A stretch of 64,000 nt of DNA from NCBI RefSeq assembly GCF_013122565.1, contig NZ_CP053258.1, one strand, 5' to 3'. The first letter of the stretch is position 1; every line of letters starts with the position of its first letter. The notes beneath the pieces are model-generated. The model made no database searches. It saw nothing but the letters and a program-made list of their open reading frames with translations, and was not told where the DNA came from. Positions 55,443-64,000 of the stretch are shown one piece after another. The position numbers and the translations under genes are program-made. Source of the DNA: Escherichia coli (GTDB lineage: Bacteria > Pseudomonadota > Gammaproteobacteria > Enterobacterales > Enterobacteriaceae).

Positions 55443-55607
55443 TTAGTTAATTCTCTGTGTCGTGCGCGTCCCAGCTTGAAAAAACGTAATAATAGTGAAA
55501 GGTTTACTCATAAATGAGCGGCATTTTGCGTAAACCTGCGCCAGATGGCAACTTATTACAGCCATTGGCGGCACGCGTTGCTAATTCACGATGGTGATTT
55601 TATTTCC

Positions 55608-55623
55608 ACGCAAACGGTTTCGT
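55608..55623. promoter_or_regulatory. PurR operator (pur box) upstream of purL
   Basis: ACGCAAACGGTTTCGT matches pur-box consensus ACGCAAACGTTTGCGT at 14/16; 77 bp upstream of purL ATG. Confidence 0.5.
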
Positions 55624-55699
55624 CAGCGCATCAGATTCTTTATAATGACGCCCGTTTCCCCCCCTTGGGTACACCGAAAGCTTAGAAGACGAGAGACTT

Positions 55700-58600
55700 A
55701 TGATGGAAATTCTGCGTGGTTCGCCTGCATTGTCGGCATTCCGAATCAACAAACTGCTGGCACGTTTTCAGGCTGCCAGGCTCCCGGTTCACAATATTTA
55801 CGCCGAGTATGTCCATTTTGCTGACCTCAATGCGCCGTTAAACGATGATGAGCACGCACAACTTGAACGCCTGCTGAAATATGGCCCGGCACTCGCCAGC
55901 CACGCCCCGCAAGGCAAACTCCTGCTGGTGACCCCGCGTCCTGGCACCATCTCTCCCTGGTCTTCGAAAGCGACCGATATTGCCCATAACTGCGGGCTAC
56001 AACAGGTAAACCGCCTTGAGCGCGGCGTTGCTTACTATATAGAAGCCGGTACGCTGACCAATGAACAATGGCAGCAGGTTACCGCTGAACTGCACGACCG
56101 CATGATGGAAACGGTCTTTTTTGCTTTAGATGATGCAGAGCAGTTGTTTGCCCACCATCAACCGACTCCGGTTACCAGCGTTGATTTGCTGGGGCAGGGC
56201 CGTCAGGCGCTGATCGACGCTAACCTGCGTCTTGGCCTGGCTCTGGCGGAAGATGAAATTGACTATCTGCAGGATGCTTTCACAAAGCTTGGTCGTAACC
56301 CGAACGACATCGAGCTGTATATGTTCGCTCAGGCGAACTCTGAGCACTGCCGCCACAAAATTTTTAATGCCGACTGGATTATCGACGGTGAACAGCAGCC
56401 GAAATCGCTGTTTAAGATGATCAAAAACACCTTCGAAACCACGCCGGATCACGTTCTCTCTGCTTATAAAGATAACGCCGCCGTAATGGAAGGTTCTGAA
56501 GTGGGCCGCTACTTTGCTGACCACGAAACGGGCCGCTACGATTTCCATCAGGAACCGGCGCATATCCTGATGAAAGTTGAAACTCACAACCACCCGACGG
56601 CGATTTCTCCGTGGCCGGGTGCGGCGACCGGTTCCGGCGGTGAAATCCGCGATGAAGGTGCCACCGGGCGCGGCGCAAAGCCGAAAGCGGGTCTGGTTGG
56701 TTTCTCCGTTTCCAACCTGCGAATTCCTGGCTTCGAACAGCCGTGGGAAGAAGATTTCGGTAAGCCTGAGCGCATTGTCACCGCGCTGGACATCATGACC
56801 GAAGGCCCGCTGGGCGGCGCGGCGTTTAACAACGAATTTGGTCGTCCGGCTCTGAATGGCTACTTCCGTACTTATGAAGAAAAAGTGAACAGCCACAACG
56901 GCGAAGAGCTGCGCGGTTATCACAAACCGATCATGCTGGCGGGCGGGATCGGCAACATTCGCGCCGATCACGTACAAAAAGGCGAGATCAACGTCGGTGC
57001 GAAGCTGGTCGTTCTCGGCGGCCCGGCAATGAACATCGGTCTTGGCGGCGGAGCGGCGTCTTCCATGGCGTCAGGTCAGTCTGATGCCGACCTCGACTTT
57101 GCTTCCGTACAGCGCGACAACCCGGAGATGGAGCGTCGCTGCCAGGAAGTGATCGACCGTTGCTGGCAGCTTGGTGATGCCAACCCAATCCTGTTTATCC
57201 ACGACGTCGGCGCTGGCGGTCTTTCTAACGCGATGCCGGAACTGGTGAGCGACGGCGGGCGCGGCGGTAAATTTGAACTGCGCGATATTCTAAGCGACGA
57301 ACCGGGCATGAGCCCGCTGGAAATCTGGTGTAACGAATCCCAGGAACGCTACGTGCTGGCGGTTGCTGCCGATCAATTACCGCTGTTTGACGAACTGTGT
57401 AAGCGTGAGCGCGCGCCATACGCGGTGATTGGTGAAGCGACCGAAGAACTGCATCTTTCTCTGCACGATCGTCATTTTGATAATCAGCCGATCGATCTGC
57501 CGCTGGACGTCCTGCTTGGTAAAACGCCGAAGATGACCCGCGATGTACAAACGCTGAAAGCGAAGGGCGATGCGCTGGTCCGTGAAGGGATCACCATTGC
57601 AGACGCGGTGAAACGCGTACTGCATCTGCCGACCGTGGCGGAGAAAACTTTCCTGGTGACCATCGGTGACCGCAGCGTAACCGGCATGGTGGCGCGCGAT
57701 CAGATGGTGGGGCCGTGGCAGGTGCCGGTCGCTAACTGCGCGGTCACTACCGCCAGCCTCGACAGCTACTACGGTGAAGCGATGGCGATTGGCGAGCGTG
57801 CGCCGGTTGCGCTGCTGGATTTCGCCGCCTCTGCCCGTCTGGCGGTCGGTGAAGCGTTAACCAATATTGCCGCAACACAGATTGGCGATATCAAACGCAT
57901 CAAACTTTCCGCCAACTGGATGGCGGCGGCAGGCCACCCTGGTGAAGATGCGGGCCTGTATGAAGCCGTTAAAGCCGTGGGCGAAGAGCTTTGTCCGGCG
58001 CTGGGCCTGACGATCCCGGTGGGTAAAGACTCCATGTCGATGAAAACCCGCTGGCAGGAAGGTAACGAAGAGCGTGAAATGACGTCGCCGCTGTCGCTGG
58101 TGATTTCTGCATTTGCCCGCGTGGAAGATGTACGTCACACCATCACGCCGCAGCTTTCTACCGAAGATAACGCACTGCTGCTGATTGATTTGGGCAAAGG
58201 CAATAACGCGCTGGGCGCAACGGCGCTGGCGCAGGTTTATCGTCAGCTTGGCGACAAACCGGCAGATGTACGCGATGTCGCGCAACTGAAAGGCTTCTAT
58301 GACGCGATTCAGGTGCTGGTTGCACAGCGTAAGCTGCTCGCATACCACGACCGCTCTGATGGCGGCCTGCTGGTAACGCTGGCGGAAATGGCCTTTGCTG
58401 GTCATTGCGGCATTGACGCAGATATCGCCTCTCTGGGTGACGATCGCCTGGCGGCGTTGTTTAACGAAGAACTGGGGGCGGTGATTCAGGTTCGTGCCGC
58501 TGACCGTGAAGCGGTCGAGTCCGTACTGGCACAGCATGGGCTTGCTGATTGCGTCCATTATGTTGGGCAGGCGGTTTCCGGTGACCGTTTTGTGATTACC

Positions 58601-59587
58601 GCCAATGGGCAGACTGTATTCAGCGAAAGCCGCACTACGTTGCGTGTCTGGTGGGCAGAAACTACCTGGCAGATGCAGCGCCTGCGTGACAACCCGGAGT
58701 GTGCCGATCAGGAGCATCAGGCGAAATATAACGACGCCGATCCGGGCCTGAATGTAAAACTGTCGTTCGATATCAACGAAGATGTGGCAGCACCGTATAT
58801 TGCCACTGGCGCACGTCCGAAAGTTGCCGTACTGCGTGAGCAGGGCGTGAACTCGCATGTTGAAATGGCGGCAGCTTTCCACCGTGCGGGCTTTGATGCT
58901 ATCGACGTGCATATGAGCGACCTGCTGACTGGACGCACGGGACTGGAGGATTTCCACGCCCTGGTCGCGTGCGGCGGTTTCTCCTACGGTGATGTACTGG
59001 GTGCCGGTGAAGGTTGGGCGAAGTCTATCCTGTTCAATGACCGTGTACGCGATGAGTTTGCAACCTTCTTCCATCGTCCGCAAACGCTGGCGCTGGGGGT
59101 ATGTAACGGTTGCCAGATGATGTCTAACCTGCGCGAACTGATCCCAGGTAGTGAGTTGTGGCCACGTTTTGTGCGCAATACCTCCGATCGCTTTGAAGCG
59201 CGTTTCAGCCTGGTTGAAGTAACCCAAAGCCCGTCTCTGCTGTTGCAGGGGATGGTGGGCTCGCAAATGCCGATTGCTGTCTCTCATGGTGAAGGGCGCG
59301 TGGAAGTGCGTGATGCGGCGCATCTGGCGGCACTGGAAAGCAAAGGGCTGGTGGCACTGCGCTATGTCGATAACTTCGGCAAAGTCACTGAAACCTACCC
59401 GGCTAACCCGAACGGTTCACCGAACGGTATTACGGCGGTTACGACTGAAAGCGGTCGAGTTACCATTATGATGCCGCACCCGGAACGTGTTTTCCGTACT
59501 GTCAGCAACTCCTGGCATCCGGAAAACTGGGGCGAGGATGGCCCATGGATGCGCATTTTCCGCAATGCGCGTAAGCAGTTGGGGTAA
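55700..59587 (+). CDS. purL: phosphoribosylformylglycinamidine synthase
   Basis: 1295-aa [32 protein letters not shown]... with C-terminal glutamine amidotransferase domain. Confidence 0.97.
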   Translation: MMEILRGSPALSAFRINKLLARFQAARLPVHNIYAEYVHFADLNAPLNDDEHAQLERLLKYGPALASHAPQGKLLLVTPRPGTISPWSSKATDIAHNCGLQQVNRLERGVAYYIEAGTLTNEQWQQVTAELHDRMMETVFFALDDAEQLFAHHQPTPVTSVDLLGQGRQALIDANLRLGLALAEDEIDYLQDAFTKLGRNPNDIELYMFAQANSEHCRHKIFNADWIIDGEQQPKSLFKMIKNTFETTPDHVLSAYKDNAAVMEGSEVGRYFADHETGRYDFHQEPAHILMKVETHNHPTAISPWPGAATGSGGEIRDEGATGRGAKPKAGLVGFSVSNLRIPGFEQPWEEDFGKPERIVTALDIMTEGPLGGAAFNNEFGRPALNGYFRTYEEKVNSHNGEELRGYHKPIMLAGGIGNIRADHVQKGEINVGAKLVVLGGPAMNIGLGGGAASSMASGQSDADLDFASVQRDNPEMERRCQEVIDRCWQLGDANPILFIHDVGAGGLSNAMPELVSDGGRGGKFELRDILSDEPGMSPLEIWCNESQERYVLAVAADQLPLFDELCKRERAPYAVIGEATEELHLSLHDRHFDNQPIDLPLDVLLGKTPKMTRDVQTLKAKGDALVREGITIADAVKRVLHLPTVAEKTFLVTIGDRSVTGMVARDQMVGPWQVPVANCAVTTASLDSYYGEAMAIGERAPVALLDFAASARLAVGEALTNIAATQIGDIKRIKLSANWMAAAGHPGEDAGLYEAVKAVGEELCPALGLTIPVGKDSMSMKTRWQEGNEEREMTSPLSLVISAFARVEDVRHTITPQLSTEDNALLLIDLGKGNNALGATALAQVYRQLGDKPADVRDVAQLKGFYDAIQVLVAQRKLLAYHDRSDGGLLVTLAEMAFAGHCGIDADIASLGDDRLAALFNEELGAVIQVRAADREAVESVLAQHGLADCVHYVGQAVSGDRFVITANGQTVFSESRTTLRVWWAETTWQMQRLRDNPECADQEHQAKYNDADPGLNVKLSFDINEDVAAPYIATGARPKVAVLREQGVNSHVEMAAAFHRAGFDAIDVHMSDLLTGRTGLEDFHALVACGGFSYGDVLGAGEGWAKSILFNDRVRDEFATFFHRPQTLALGVCNGCQMMSNLRELIPGSELWPRFVRNTSDRFEARFSLVEVTQSPSLLLQGMVGSQMPIAVSHGEGRVEVRDAAHLAALESKGLVALRYVDNFGKVTETYPANPNGSPNGITAVTTESGRVTIMMPHPERVFRTVSNSWHPENWGEDGPWMRIFRNARKQLG

Positions 59588-59610
59588 GTCGTCAGCCCAT
59601 TGGTTTTGCA

Positions 59611-59641
59611 GCCCGGATGAGGCATTCACGCCGCATCCGGC
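59611..59641. repeat. REP palindromic unit
   Basis: GCCCGGATGAGGCATTCACGCCGCATCCGGC, an imperfect palindrome typical of REP, just after purL stop. Confidence 0.6.
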
Positions 59642-59663
59642 ATTAAGCACCAACCACTATCAT

Positions 59664-59690
59664 AAGCTCCCAACTCCGGGAGCTTTTTTG
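59664..59690 (+). terminator. purL rho-independent terminator
   Basis: AAGCTCCC-AACTCC-GGGAGCTT followed by TTTT. Confidence 0.65.
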
Positions 59691-59804
59691 TGTCTGTAAA
59701 TCACGACAATGGGTGGTTTGCCGTGTCGCTTTTTGGTGACACATAACTGATTGATTTTACTGAAATCTAATAAGTTTATCTTAAGTTGTCTCTTTTTGGC
59801 GACA
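59691..59804. promoter_or_regulatory. three GlrR (QseF) activator binding sites, TGTC-N10-GACA
   Basis: TGTCtgtaaatcacGACA 59691-59708, TGTCgctttttggtGACA 59724-59741, TGTCtctttttggcGACA 59787-59804; upstream of the sigma54 promoter. Confidence 0.6.
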
Positions 59805-59892
59805 CAGTGGCTGAATTACATTCAAATAGCGAAGAAGCCATAAATCCCTCAAAGCAGCGTATAATCAGTACGTTACCAAACTATTTTCTTTA

Positions 59893-59912
59893 TTGGCACA
59901 GTTACTGCATAA
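59893..59912 (+). promoter_or_regulatory. glmY sigma54 promoter overlapping an extended -10 sigma70 element
   Basis: TTGGCAC-AGTTA-CTGCA matches sigma54 -24/-12 (TGGCAC-N5-TTGCA) with one mismatch; TGCATAAT (59905-59912) is an extended -10. Confidence 0.6.
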
Positions 59913-59920
59913 TAGTAAGC

Positions 59921-60104
59921 AGTGGCTCATTCACCGACTTATGTCAGCCCCTTCGGGACGTGCTACATAAAATTCGAATGACGCACAACAAGGTGCCTGC
60001 CGTCCAACTTCTGATATCAGCGTAGCTATATCAACCATCGGGCGAAACGTCGAGTTAGGCACCGCCTTATTCCATAACAAAGCCGGGTAATTCCCGGCTT
60101 TGTT
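59921..60104 (+). ncRNA. glmY: small RNA GlmY
   Basis: Predicted start about 12 nt after sigma54 -12 GC; ends at strong terminator ACAAAGCCGGG-TAATT-CCCGGCTTTGT (60077-60103) followed by TGTATCT; about 184 nt. 5' and 3' ends approximate. Confidence 0.7.
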
Positions 60105-60162
60105 GTATCTGAACTTCCCCTCGGTTAGCATCAGGCTATTCGCGTCTGACGAGAGTAACACC

Positions 60163-61590
60163 TTGAAACGCTGGCCCGTTTTTCCCCGCTCATTACGACA
60201 ACTGGTAATGCTGGCATTTTTGCTGATTCTGCTGCCCCTGTTGGTGCTGGCATGGCAAGCCTGGCAAAGCCTGAATGCGCTTAGCGACCAGGCGGCGCTG
60301 GTCAACCGCACCACGCTTATCGATGCCCGGCGCAGTGAAGCGATGACCAACGCGGCGCTGGAGATGGAGCGTAGCTACCGTCAGTATTGCGTGCTGGATG
60401 ACCCTACGCTTGCGAAGGTTTATCAAAGCCAGCGCAAGCGTTACAGCGAAATGCTCGATGCCCACGCAGGCGTACTGCCAGACGATAAACTTTACCAGGC
60501 ATTGCGTCAGGATTTGAACAATCTGGCCCAACTTCAGTGTAACAACAGTGGTCCCGATGCTGCCGCCGCCGCGCGTCTTGAAGCCTTTGCCAGTGCCAAT
60601 ACCGAAATGGTGCAGGCCACGCGCACAGTGGTGTTCTCTCGTGGGCAGCAACTTCAGCGTGAAATCGCCGAACGTGGGCAATATTTTGGTTGGCAATCGC
60701 TGGTGCTATTTCTGGTGAGTCTGGTGATGGTGCTACTTTTCACGCGGATGATTATCGGGCCGGTGAAAAATATTGAACGGATGATCAATCGGTTGGGGGA
60801 AGGGCGTTCTCTGGGCAATAGCGTTTCGTTCAGTGGACCGAGCGAGTTACGCTCGGTTGGGCAACGTATTCTTTGGTTAAGTGAGCGCCTGTCATGGCTG
60901 GAATCCCAACGCCATCAATTTTTAAGACATTTATCTCATGAATTAAAAACGCCACTGGCGAGTATGCGCGAGGGCACTGAATTACTGGCCGATCAGGTTG
61001 TCGGGCCGCTTACGCCAGAGCAAAAAGAGGTGGTGAGCATTCTTGATAGCAGCAGCCGCAATTTGCAAAAACTGATCGAACAACTGCTTGATTACAACCG
61101 TAAACAGGCGGACAGTGCGGTGGAACTGGAGAATGTTGAATTAGCACCGCTGGTGGAGACAGTGGTTTCTGCTCATAGCCTGCCCGCACGGGCTAAAATG
61201 ATGCATACCGACGTCGATCTCAAAGCAACAGCTTGCCTGGCGGAGCCAATGCTGCTGATGAGCGTACTGGATAATCTTTACTCCAATGCGGTGCACTACG
61301 GGGCTGAATCCGGTAACATTTGCCTTCGCAGCAGTTTACATGGTGCGCGGGTTTATATTGATGTCATCAATACAGGCACACCCATTCCGCAAGAGGAACG
61401 CGCCATGATCTTCGAACCCTTTTTTCAGGGAAGCCACCAGCGAAAAGGGGCGGTGAAGGGCAGCGGTCTGGGATTAAGCATTGCCAGGGATTGTATTCGC
61501 CGTATGCAAGGGGAACTGTATCTGGTCGACGAGAGCGGGCAAGACGTTTGTTTCCGCATTGAATTGCCGTCGTCGAAAAACACGAAATAA
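60163..61590 (+). CDS. glrK: sensor histidine kinase GlrK (QseE/YfhK)
   Basis: ORF track 60100..61590 begins inside the GlmY terminator; TTG at 60163 gives (M)KRWPVFPRSLRQLVMLAFLLILLP..., 475 aa; HAMP, H-box HELKTPL and ATPase domain. Confidence 0.85.
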   Translation: MKRWPVFPRSLRQLVMLAFLLILLPLLVLAWQAWQSLNALSDQAALVNRTTLIDARRSEAMTNAALEMERSYRQYCVLDDPTLAKVYQSQRKRYSEMLDAHAGVLPDDKLYQALRQDLNNLAQLQCNNSGPDAAAAARLEAFASANTEMVQATRTVVFSRGQQLQREIAERGQYFGWQSLVLFLVSLVMVLLFTRMIIGPVKNIERMINRLGEGRSLGNSVSFSGPSELRSVGQRILWLSERLSWLESQRHQFLRHLSHELKTPLASMREGTELLADQVVGPLTPEQKEVVSILDSSSRNLQKLIEQLLDYNRKQADSAVELENVELAPLVETVVSAHSLPARAKMMHTDVDLKATACLAEPMLLMSVLDNLYSNAVHYGAESGNICLRSSLHGARVYIDVINTGTPIPQEERAMIFEPFFQGSHQRKGAVKGSGLGLSIARDCIRRMQGELYLVDESGQDVCFRIELPSSKNTK

Positions 61591-61621
61591 TGCTAACAGC
61601 CTATCCCATCAGGCTATTTTA

Positions 61622-61714
61622 TTTGCCAGTTCGGCCCCGGGCAGTGCTCGAAATCCTCACGTACGACGTGTACGCTCTGGTTTCTCCGCACGGTCCATGT
61701 CCAAACTGCCTGCA
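61622..61714. repeat. GC-rich dispersed intergenic repeat (boxC-like), partner of 4915..5006
   Basis: See 4915..5006; lies between glrK stop and qseG start. Confidence 0.45.
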
Positions 61715-61754
61715 ACAATTATGCCCACTGGGAAAGGCTTTAAGTCTGGTGAAT

Positions 61755-62468
61755 ATGCGACACATTTTTCAACGATTATTGCCCCGACGGCTGTGGCTGG
61801 CAGGGCTGCCATGTCTGGCATTGCTGGGTTGCGTGCAGAGTCACAATAAGCCAGCCATTAATACGCCAGCAGAAGAAAAAATTCCGGTTTATCAACTGGC
61901 TGACTATCTTTCTACTGAATGTAGCGACATCTGGGCGCTGCAAGGTAAATCAACCGAAACCAATCCGCTTTACTGGCTGCGGGCGATGGATTGTGCTGAT
62001 CGTTTAATGCCTGCGCAGTCGCGTCAGCAAGCTCGCCAATATGACGACGGCAGCTGGCAAAATACCTTTAAACAAGGGATTTTGCTCGCCGACGCCAAAA
62101 TTACGCCGTATGAGCGCCGCCAGCTGGTCGCGCGTATTGATGAGTTAAGTACCGAGATCCCGGCACAGGTTCGCCCTCTGTATCAACTCTGGCGCGACGG
62201 TCAGGCGCTGCAACTGCAACTGGCGGAAGAGCGCCAACGCTACGGCAAGCTCCAGCAATCCAGCGACAGCGAGCTGGATACATTGCGCCAGCAACATCAC
62301 GTTCTACAGCAGCAACTGGAACTCACCACCCGCAAGCTGGAAAACCTGACCGATATTGAACGCCAGCTCTCGACCCGCAAACCGGCTGGAAATTTCTCGC
62401 CGGATACGCCGCACGAGGGTGAAAAGCCCGCGCCATCCACCCATGAGGTCACTCCTGATGAGCCATAA
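61755..62468 (+). CDS. qseG: outer-membrane lipoprotein QseG (YfhG)
   Basis: ORF track 61590..62468; ATG at 61755 gives MRHIFQRLLPRRLWLAGLPCLALLGCVQ... with lipobox, 237 aa. Confidence 0.85.
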   Translation: MRHIFQRLLPRRLWLAGLPCLALLGCVQSHNKPAINTPAEEKIPVYQLADYLSTECSDIWALQGKSTETNPLYWLRAMDCADRLMPAQSRQQARQYDDGSWQNTFKQGILLADAKITPYERRQLVARIDELSTEIPAQVRPLYQLWRDGQALQLQLAEERQRYGKLQQSSDSELDTLRQQHHVLQQQLELTTRKLENLTDIERQLSTRKPAGNFSPDTPHEGEKPAPSTHEVTPDEP

Positions 62469-63792
62469 ACCTGCGCATTTATTATTGGTCGATGACGATC
62501 CGGGATTGCTGAAACTGCTTGGCCTGCGCCTGACCAGCGAAGGCTACAGTGTGGTCACGGCGGAAAGTGGCGCTGAAGGATTACGGGTACTGAATCGCGA
62601 AAAAGTAGATTTAGTTATCAGCGACCTGCGGATGGATGAAATGGACGGTATGCAGCTGTTTGCTGAAATCCAGAAAGTGCAGCCGGGAATGCCGGTAATT
62701 ATCCTTACCGCGCATGGTTCTATTCCCGATGCCGTTGCAGCAACACAGCAGGGCGTTTTTAGTTTCCTCACCAAGCCTGTCGATAAAGACGCGCTATATC
62801 AGGCAATTGACGATGCGCTGGAACAATCCGCGCCAGCCACCGACGAACGCTGGCGCGAGGCGATTGTCACCCGCAGCCCGCTGATGCTGCGTTTGCTGGA
62901 ACAGGCGCGGCTGGTGGCGCAATCAGACGTCAGCGTTTTGATTAACGGCCAGAGCGGCACCGGGAAAGAGATTTTCGCCCAGGCTATCCACAACGCCAGC
63001 CCGCGCAATAGCAAACCATTTATTGCTATTAACTGTGGCGCATTGCCCGAGCAATTGCTGGAGTCGGAGCTGTTTGGTCATGCGCGTGGCGCGTTTACTG
63101 GCGCTGTCAGCAATCGCGAAGGTTTATTCCAGGCGGCGGAAGGCGGTACGCTATTTCTCGATGAGATTGGCGATATGCCCGCACCGTTGCAGGTCAAACT
63201 GCTGCGCGTGTTGCAGGAGCGTAAAGTGCGCCCGCTGGGCAGTAACCGCGATATTGATATCGACGTGCGGATTATTTCCGCCACTCACCGCGACCTGCCA
63301 AAAGCGATGGCGCGCGGGGAATTCCGTGAAGATCTCTATTACCGCCTCAACGTTGTCAGCCTGAAAATTCCGGCTCTGGCGGAGCGCACAGAAGATATTC
63401 CGCTACTGGCAAATCACCTGTTGCGCCAGGCGGCAGAGCGACATAAACCGTTTGTCCGCGCGTTCTCCACCGATGCGATGAAACGCCTGATGACTGCGAG
63501 CTGGCCGGGTAATGTACGCCAGTTGGTCAACGTGATTGAACAGTGCGTGGCGCTGACCTCATCTCCGGTGATTAGTGATGCATTAGTAGAGCAGGCGCTG
63601 GAGGGCGAAAACACGGCGCTGCCAACCTTTGTCGAAGCGCGTAATCAGTTTGAACTCAACTATTTGCGTAAGCTGCTGCAAATCACCAAAGGTAACGTCA
63701 CCCATGCGGCGAGAATGGCGGGGCGCAACCGGACAGAATTTTATAAACTGCTTTCCCGACACGAGCTGGATGCAAACGATTTCAAGGAATGA
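62458..63792 (+). CDS. glrR: sigma54-dependent response regulator GlrR (QseF/YfhA)
   Basis: ORF track 62356..63792; ATG at 62458 gives [20 protein letters not shown]..., 444 aa; receiver domain, AAA+ sigma54-interaction domain (GESGTGKE-like, GAFTGA), C-terminal HTH; overlaps qseG stop. Confidence 0.93.
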   Translation: MSHKPAHLLLVDDDPGLLKLLGLRLTSEGYSVVTAESGAEGLRVLNREKVDLVISDLRMDEMDGMQLFAEIQKVQPGMPVIILTAHGSIPDAVAATQQGVFSFLTKPVDKDALYQAIDDALEQSAPATDERWREAIVTRSPLMLRLLEQARLVAQSDVSVLINGQSGTGKEIFAQAIHNASPRNSKPFIAINCGALPEQLLESELFGHARGAFTGAVSNREGLFQAAEGGTLFLDEIGDMPAPLQVKLLRVLQERKVRPLGSNRDIDIDVRIISATHRDLPKAMARGEFREDLYYRLNVVSLKIPALAERTEDIPLLANHLLRQAAERHKPFVRAFSTDAMKRLMTASWPGNVRQLVNVIEQCVALTSSPVISDALVEQALEGENTALPTFVEARNQFELNYLRKLLQITKGNVTHAARMAGRNRTEFYKLLSRHELDANDFKE

Positions 63793-63816
63793 ATTGGCGT
63801 TATGTGTTACGTTTAG

Positions 63817-64000
<184 letters not shown>

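Noticed and set aside
57857-59323. 488-aa minus-strand ORF, and 283-aa ORF at 56126..56977, antisense to purL.
   Set aside because: Fully embedded antisense in a highly conserved 1295-aa gene; long antisense open frames are common in GC-rich E. coli genes; no RBS or recognisable domain.
60100-60162. ATG at 60100 as the glrK start (496-aa version).
   Set aside because: It lies inside the GlmY terminator hairpin and lacks an RBS; the TTG at 60163 gives the 475-aa protein I recall for GlrK.

Overview
The window reads as ordinary, densely packed Escherichia coli core chromosome, and I found no sign of a previously undescribed system. Gene order and protein lengths match, from memory, the K-12 interval from nadK/grpE to glnB (about 2.69-2.75 Mb in MG1655, here reverse-complemented); no alignment was run. 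It contains the complete rrnG operon (16S, tRNA-Glu, 23S, 5S) and about 60 recognisable housekeeping genes, including ffh, the rpsP-rimM-trmD-rplS operon, the yfiRNB/dgcN c-di-GMP module, aroF-tyrA and pheL-pheA, clpB, pssA, patZ, the rpoE-rseABC operon, lepAB, rnc-era-recO-pdxJ-acpS, purL and glrK-qseG-glrR-glnB. Every intergenic gap over about 250 bp is explained by known regulatory or RNA elements, and there is no integrase, transposase, IS element, CRISPR array or phage-like gene. What deserves a second look is mostly known biology that the six-frame ORF track cannot show: the shoB/ohsC type I toxin-antitoxin locus, the GlmY sRNA with its sigma54 promoter and three GlrR sites, the pheL leader peptide (which here appears to read Thr rather than Ile at codon 4), a roughly 90-bp GC-rich repeat present twice, and several non-ATG starts. 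Coordinates of promoters, terminators and sRNA ends are estimates from motif inspection.
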